64,000 bases of DNA, from NCBI GenBank assembly GCA_963665235.2, contig CAXXLX010000001.1, positions 2,848,001-2,912,000 of the forward strand. Direction: 5' to 3'. The stretch is from Candidatus Poribacteria bacterium. GTDB lineage: Bacteria > Poribacteria > WGA-4E > WGA-3G. The stretch's first letter is position 1. Each line of letters begins with the position of its first letter. Shown piece by piece: positions 60,346 to 64,000 of the stretch. The notes beneath the pieces are model-generated. The model was not told the DNA's origin. It saw only the letters and a list, made by a program, of their open reading frames with translations, and did not search any database. A program made the translations under genes and the position numbers.

Positions 60346-62492
60346 TGCAAAAACGAATCGCGACCCAACTTATAGTATGCGTGCTTATCGCCTGTTTTGC
60401 TATTTGGGGCAACGTGCCTATTTATGCCAAACCCCACGAGGCACTGACTTATGAACCTATTCAGTTTAAACCGCCAGTACCACAAAAATATATACTTTCC
60501 AACGGAATGGAGTTATATCTGCTGGAAGACCACGAATTGCCGGTATTCGACATTAGAGGGCTTGTCAGAACAGGTAGCATCTACGATACGAGCGATAAAA
60601 TAGGATTGGCCGGTATTTTCGCCTCTGTCATGCGAACCGGCGGCACAATTTCACGTGAACCGGATGCATTGAACGAAGAACTTGAATCTATGGCTGCCTC
60701 CGTTGAAATCGGTATGTCAGCCGAATACGGTAATATCACGCTTTCAACGATGGCGGAGGATATTGAGAAGGGATTAGAAATCTTCGCTGACGTTTTAAGA
60801 AACCCCGCGTTCCGCGAAGACAAATTGGAACTTCGCAAACAGCAAGCCGTTGAAGCAATTCGCAGAAGGAATGATAATCCTATACAATTAGCGTGGCGTA
60901 ATTTCTCAGCAATCCTCTACGGCACCGACCATCCGTTCGGCTGGTATGCCGAAATTGAGGACGTAGAGAGCATTACAGCAGATGACCTCAAAGCCTTCCA
61001 CGCGAAATACTACCACCCGAATAATATGATGCTTGCAATTACGGGAGATTTTGACACACAAACCCTAATTGCACAGCTTGAAAACGTATTCGAAGGGTGG
61101 GAAAAAACCGAGATTGAATTTCCGGTCGTGCCTACCGTTGAAAATTCACCACAACCTTCTGTTAATCATATTCCGAAAAGTCTGCCGCAGACAACGATGT
61201 TGATTGGGCATTTCGGTATCAAGCGTACGCCCGATTTTCCAGATTTCTTCGCGCTCCGTGTGATGAATGAGATTCTCGGTGAGGGAGGTTTCACGTCCCG
61301 CTTGATGATGGAAGTGCGTGAAAAGCACGGACTCGCCTATATGGTGGGAAGCCTCATGCAAACAAGCCTCTACACCAATCCGGGCGAATGGTTCGCCTAT
61401 TCACAGACGCGGACAGAAAAAACCGCGGAAGCCATTTCGCTTATCATCGACATTGTCCGTGACCTGCGGGAAACCCCGGTCAACGCGGATGAGCTGCAGC
61501 GCACCAAAGATTCGCTCATCAACTCCTTTGTGTTCGGGTTCGAAAGCAGTGCACAAATTGCATTCCAGCAGATGATGCTTGCCTATCGTGGGTTCGCCCC
61601 AGACTTTCTCGAAACCTTTACCGATAACATCGCCAACGTCACAGCGGAAGATGTACAGGCTGCTGCCCAAAAATATCTCCACCCGGATGCCCTTACTATC
61701 GTCACTGTTGGCGATGAGGAGAACTTTGACCGGCCCTTGAGCGAATTCGGGGAGGTTAACTTCATCGAAATAAAGCAACCGGAACCCCCACCTGTTGAAC
61801 CGATGCCTGAAGTTAATGAAATGGACGCGGCAAAAGCGAAGGAAATCCTTGCTGCTGCCGTCGAGGCGCACGGCGGAATCGAGAAATTGAAAGCTGTGAA
61901 AAATGCTGTCGCGCAGATGAACGCCGAGGTTACGACCCCGGGCGGACCGATGCAGATGGAAGTAACACTGTACGCTGTCTACCCAGACAAATTCCGCCAA
62001 GATATGAACACGCCCCAGGGCGAAATGAATGTCCTATTTGATGGAAAAGAGGGGTTTCTCCTTTCTGCAATGGGCAATCAACCCTTGCCACCTGAATTGA
62101 CAAACACCTTCAAAGATTCAGTGCTCAGAGAAATACCTTTTCTCCTTACACATCTCACACAGAACGATGTCCCTATTCAATACATAGGCACGGAAGAGGT
62201 CCAGGGGGAGACAGCCGCGGTTTTGCAGGTGCAACAACCCTCCGGCGAAATGCTAAAAATTTTCATCAGTGAAACATCGCACTACGTGGTTAAGCAGGCC
62301 TTCCGCGAAATGGGACAAGGGGTAGTCGTGGGTAAAGAAAACATCTTTACGGACTATCGTGATGTGAACGGGATTAAAATTGCCTATAACCTTGTGCAGA
62401 ACGTAAATGGGGTCCGTTTTAGCGAAACGCGGCTAAACACTATTAAGTTAAACGCTGAGCTTGACGAATCACTCTTTCAGGTGCCAGAATGA
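60345..62492 (+). CDS. M16 peptidase non-catalytic partner with extra C-terminal domain
   Basis: LSNG, no HxxEH, SRL..EVREKHGLAY; C-terminal AHGG..YPDKFR..DYRDVNG domain. Confidence 0.85.
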   Translation: MQKRIATQLIVCVLIACFAIWGNVPIYAKPHEALTYEPIQFKPPVPQKYILSNGMELYLLEDHELPVFDIRGLVRTGSIYDTSDKIGLAGIFASVMRTGGTISREPDALNEELESMAASVEIGMSAEYGNITLSTMAEDIEKGLEIFADVLRNPAFREDKLELRKQQAVEAIRRRNDNPIQLAWRNFSAILYGTDHPFGWYAEIEDVESITADDLKAFHAKYYHPNNMMLAITGDFDTQTLIAQLENVFEGWEKTEIEFPVVPTVENSPQPSVNHIPKSLPQTTMLIGHFGIKRTPDFPDFFALRVMNEILGEGGFTSRLMMEVREKHGLAYMVGSLMQTSLYTNPGEWFAYSQTRTEKTAEAISLIIDIVRDLRETPVNADELQRTKDSLINSFVFGFESSAQIAFQQMMLAYRGFAPDFLETFTDNIANVTAEDVQAAAQKYLHPDALTIVTVGDEENFDRPLSEFGEVNFIEIKQPEPPPVEPMPEVNEMDAAKAKEILAAAVEAHGGIEKLKAVKNAVAQMNAEVTTPGGPMQMEVTLYAVYPDKFRQDMNTPQGEMNVLFDGKEGFLLSAMGNQPLPPELTNTFKDSVLREIPFLLTHLTQNDVPIQYIGTEEVQGETAAVLQVQQPSGEMLKIFISETSHYVVKQAFREMGQGVVVGKENIFTDYRDVNGIKIAYNLVQNVNGVRFSETRLNTIKLNAELDESLFQVPE

Positions 62493-63265
62493 AAACATTG
62501 AGTTTACGTGTCCGCTACTTTCAAGATAGCACCCCGGTCGATGTACCGTGCCGTGAAACAGCCTTCATCCGCCGGGAGTTTGAAATGCCGTTGCCTATTG
62601 AGGAAACTGCCCTAATCCTCGTCGATTTATGGAACGTGCATTTCATTGAAAGCTGGATTGAACGGGCAAAACGGGTTACAACAGAATGTGTCGTGCCGGT
62701 GTTAGACGCGGCACGACAGGTTGGCATGACAATCGTGCATGCACCGTCACCCTCGGTAGCGGCGCAATATCCACAGCTTGAACGACATAAACCGCCTGAG
62801 CCCGGTGTTCCTTCGACGTGGCCCCCTCCCGATTTCCGAAGTCGGTCAGGCGACTACGCTGTTTATCGTGGACCGCGCAGTCAACCGCCCGGCATTGGTA
62901 TCCACTGGGACAAACTCGCCCCGCAACTCTCTATCTCCCCCGCAATTGATGTACAAGAGGATGAATTTGTCATCGCAACGGGACAGCAGCTGCATGAACT
63001 GCTTGAGGAACGGCATATTTTGCATCTGCTTTTTGCTGGTTTCGCAACAAACTGGTGTGTATTAGGCAGGGATTACGGCATCCGTTCCATGGCGCGATAT
63101 GGTTATAACATCGTGCTGTTCCGAGATGCCACCACAGGCGTAGAATTTCCTGACACCTACGACAATCTCTTCACAACAGAGATTGCTATTCGGGAGGTAG
63201 AGCAGCAATACGGGTTTAGTGTATCAAATGCCGATTTCTTTCAGGCGGTTGAAGGACTCCTATAA
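62489..63265 (+). CDS. Isochorismatase/cysteine hydrolase family protein
   Basis: TALILVDLW, IVHAPS, AGFATNWCV. Confidence 0.8.
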   Translation: MKTLSLRVRYFQDSTPVDVPCRETAFIRREFEMPLPIEETALILVDLWNVHFIESWIERAKRVTTECVVPVLDAARQVGMTIVHAPSPSVAAQYPQLERHKPPEPGVPSTWPPPDFRSRSGDYAVYRGPRSQPPGIGIHWDKLAPQLSISPAIDVQEDEFVIATGQQLHELLEERHILHLLFAGFATNWCVLGRDYGIRSMARYGYNIVLFRDATTGVEFPDTYDNLFTTEIAIREVEQQYGFSVSNADFFQAVEGLL

Positions 63266-63295
63266 TTCACAGCACAGCCCAAAACGTAAATCCTT

Positions 63296-63463
63296 GTAGG
63301 AGTGTGCTGTGTTTGCGACTCTTCTCTTATGTAGGAGCGAGCTGTGCTCGCGATATTTGTAGGAGCGAGCTGTGCTCGCGATATTTGTAGGAGCGAGCTG
63401 TGCTCGCGATATTTGTAGGAGCGAGGCGCGATATTTGTAGGAGCGAGCTGTGCTCGCGATATT
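63296..63463. repeat. Tandem 28-bp GTAG REP-like units
   Basis: GTAGGAGCGAGCTGTGCTCGCGATATTT x4, one internally deleted copy and one degenerate copy. Confidence 0.85.
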
Positions 63464-63565
63464 AAGGCGCGGGCTTCTCACCCGAATACTAGAGGAACAT
63501 TTATACATCTATCATCTATAAAGTGAATCTATCCAACTAAATGACCCTTTACCTATAAGGAGCCA

Positions 63566-64000
63566 ATGATGTCAAAAAAACAATTCAAGGTCCGGGCAGC
63601 ACATTGCGATTATCGTGCAACGGAGGAGGAAATATACCAAACACTCCGCCGCATTACCGACCCGCTGACCCGAGCTTGGAAACCGATTGAAACCGCCAAG
63701 AAGGTGGTCATTAAATTCAATATGATGAAACCGCACGAACGGATTATCTACTACGAAGGCCGCCGCCGAGAATTAGTAGACGACGCTGTTTGTCGTGCTG
63801 TCCTACGGTTGCTTAAGGAGCATACGACCGCACAACTCATCGCTACCGATACTAACCCTTACACACATGGGCATCGCATGCCCCCTGGATTCAACTACGA
63901 ATATCATCTCAAAGAATTCGACGTGAAATTCGTCGATTCCAACCTACCTCCGTTTAAGGTTTACGATGTCCCCGGTGGGGGTTCAATGTTCGACCGATAC
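63566..64000 (+). CDS. Partial CDS, probably DUF362 family
   Basis: AAGGAG RBS; MMSKKQFKVRA..KKVVIKFN; open to the window end. Confidence 0.55.
   Translation, partial: MMSKKQFKVRAAHCDYRATEEEIYQTLRRITDPLTRAWKPIETAKKVVIKFNMMKPHERIIYYEGRRRELVDDAVCRAVLRLLKEHTTAQLIATDTNPYTHGHRMPPGFNYEYHLKEFDVKFVDSNLPPFKVYDVPGGGSMFDRY

Noticed and set aside
63331-63463. CRISPR array
   Set aside because: Head-to-tail units with no spacers.
1-64000. tRNA/rRNA genes, prophage or integrase
   Set aside because: None recognised by eye; a covariance-model scan would be needed to exclude small RNAs.

Overview
Bacterial chromosome segment of moderate GC. Secreted WD40 paralogues, a Ycf48/BNR protein, an orphan BMC vertex gene and Uma2/Rpn genes suggest Candidatus Poribacteria (inference only). 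Housekeeping genes (thiO, alr, potBC, lexA, PBP1A, uvrB, an M16 peptidase pair, a GT9 heptosyltransferase) are interleaved with accessory DNA. Main points: (1) Two IsrB (OMEGA) elements with covarying omega-RNAs. Both sit immediately before a host ATG, and both carry a TAA-ATG plus 10-codon in-frame leader that could restore translation of the host gene. (2) A type III R-M locus whose mod is frameshifted at a G8 tract and which encloses an ABC-type ATPase, a PIN-like nuclease and an unannotated Rnl3-like ligase, a candidate new defence/repair module. (3) A rhodanese-MoeB gene with an in-frame UGA at a conserved Cys and a SECIS-like hairpin. (4) Rpn genes with intragenic and stand-alone antitoxin ORFs. 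(5) An ECF sigma / Cys-rich secreted protein / STT3-like cassette. (6) An IS1595 relic interrupted by a 31-36-31 bp repeat-spacer-repeat insertion. (7) A LexA with its catalytic Lys replaced by Arg. All calls come from manual motif reading; no searches were run.
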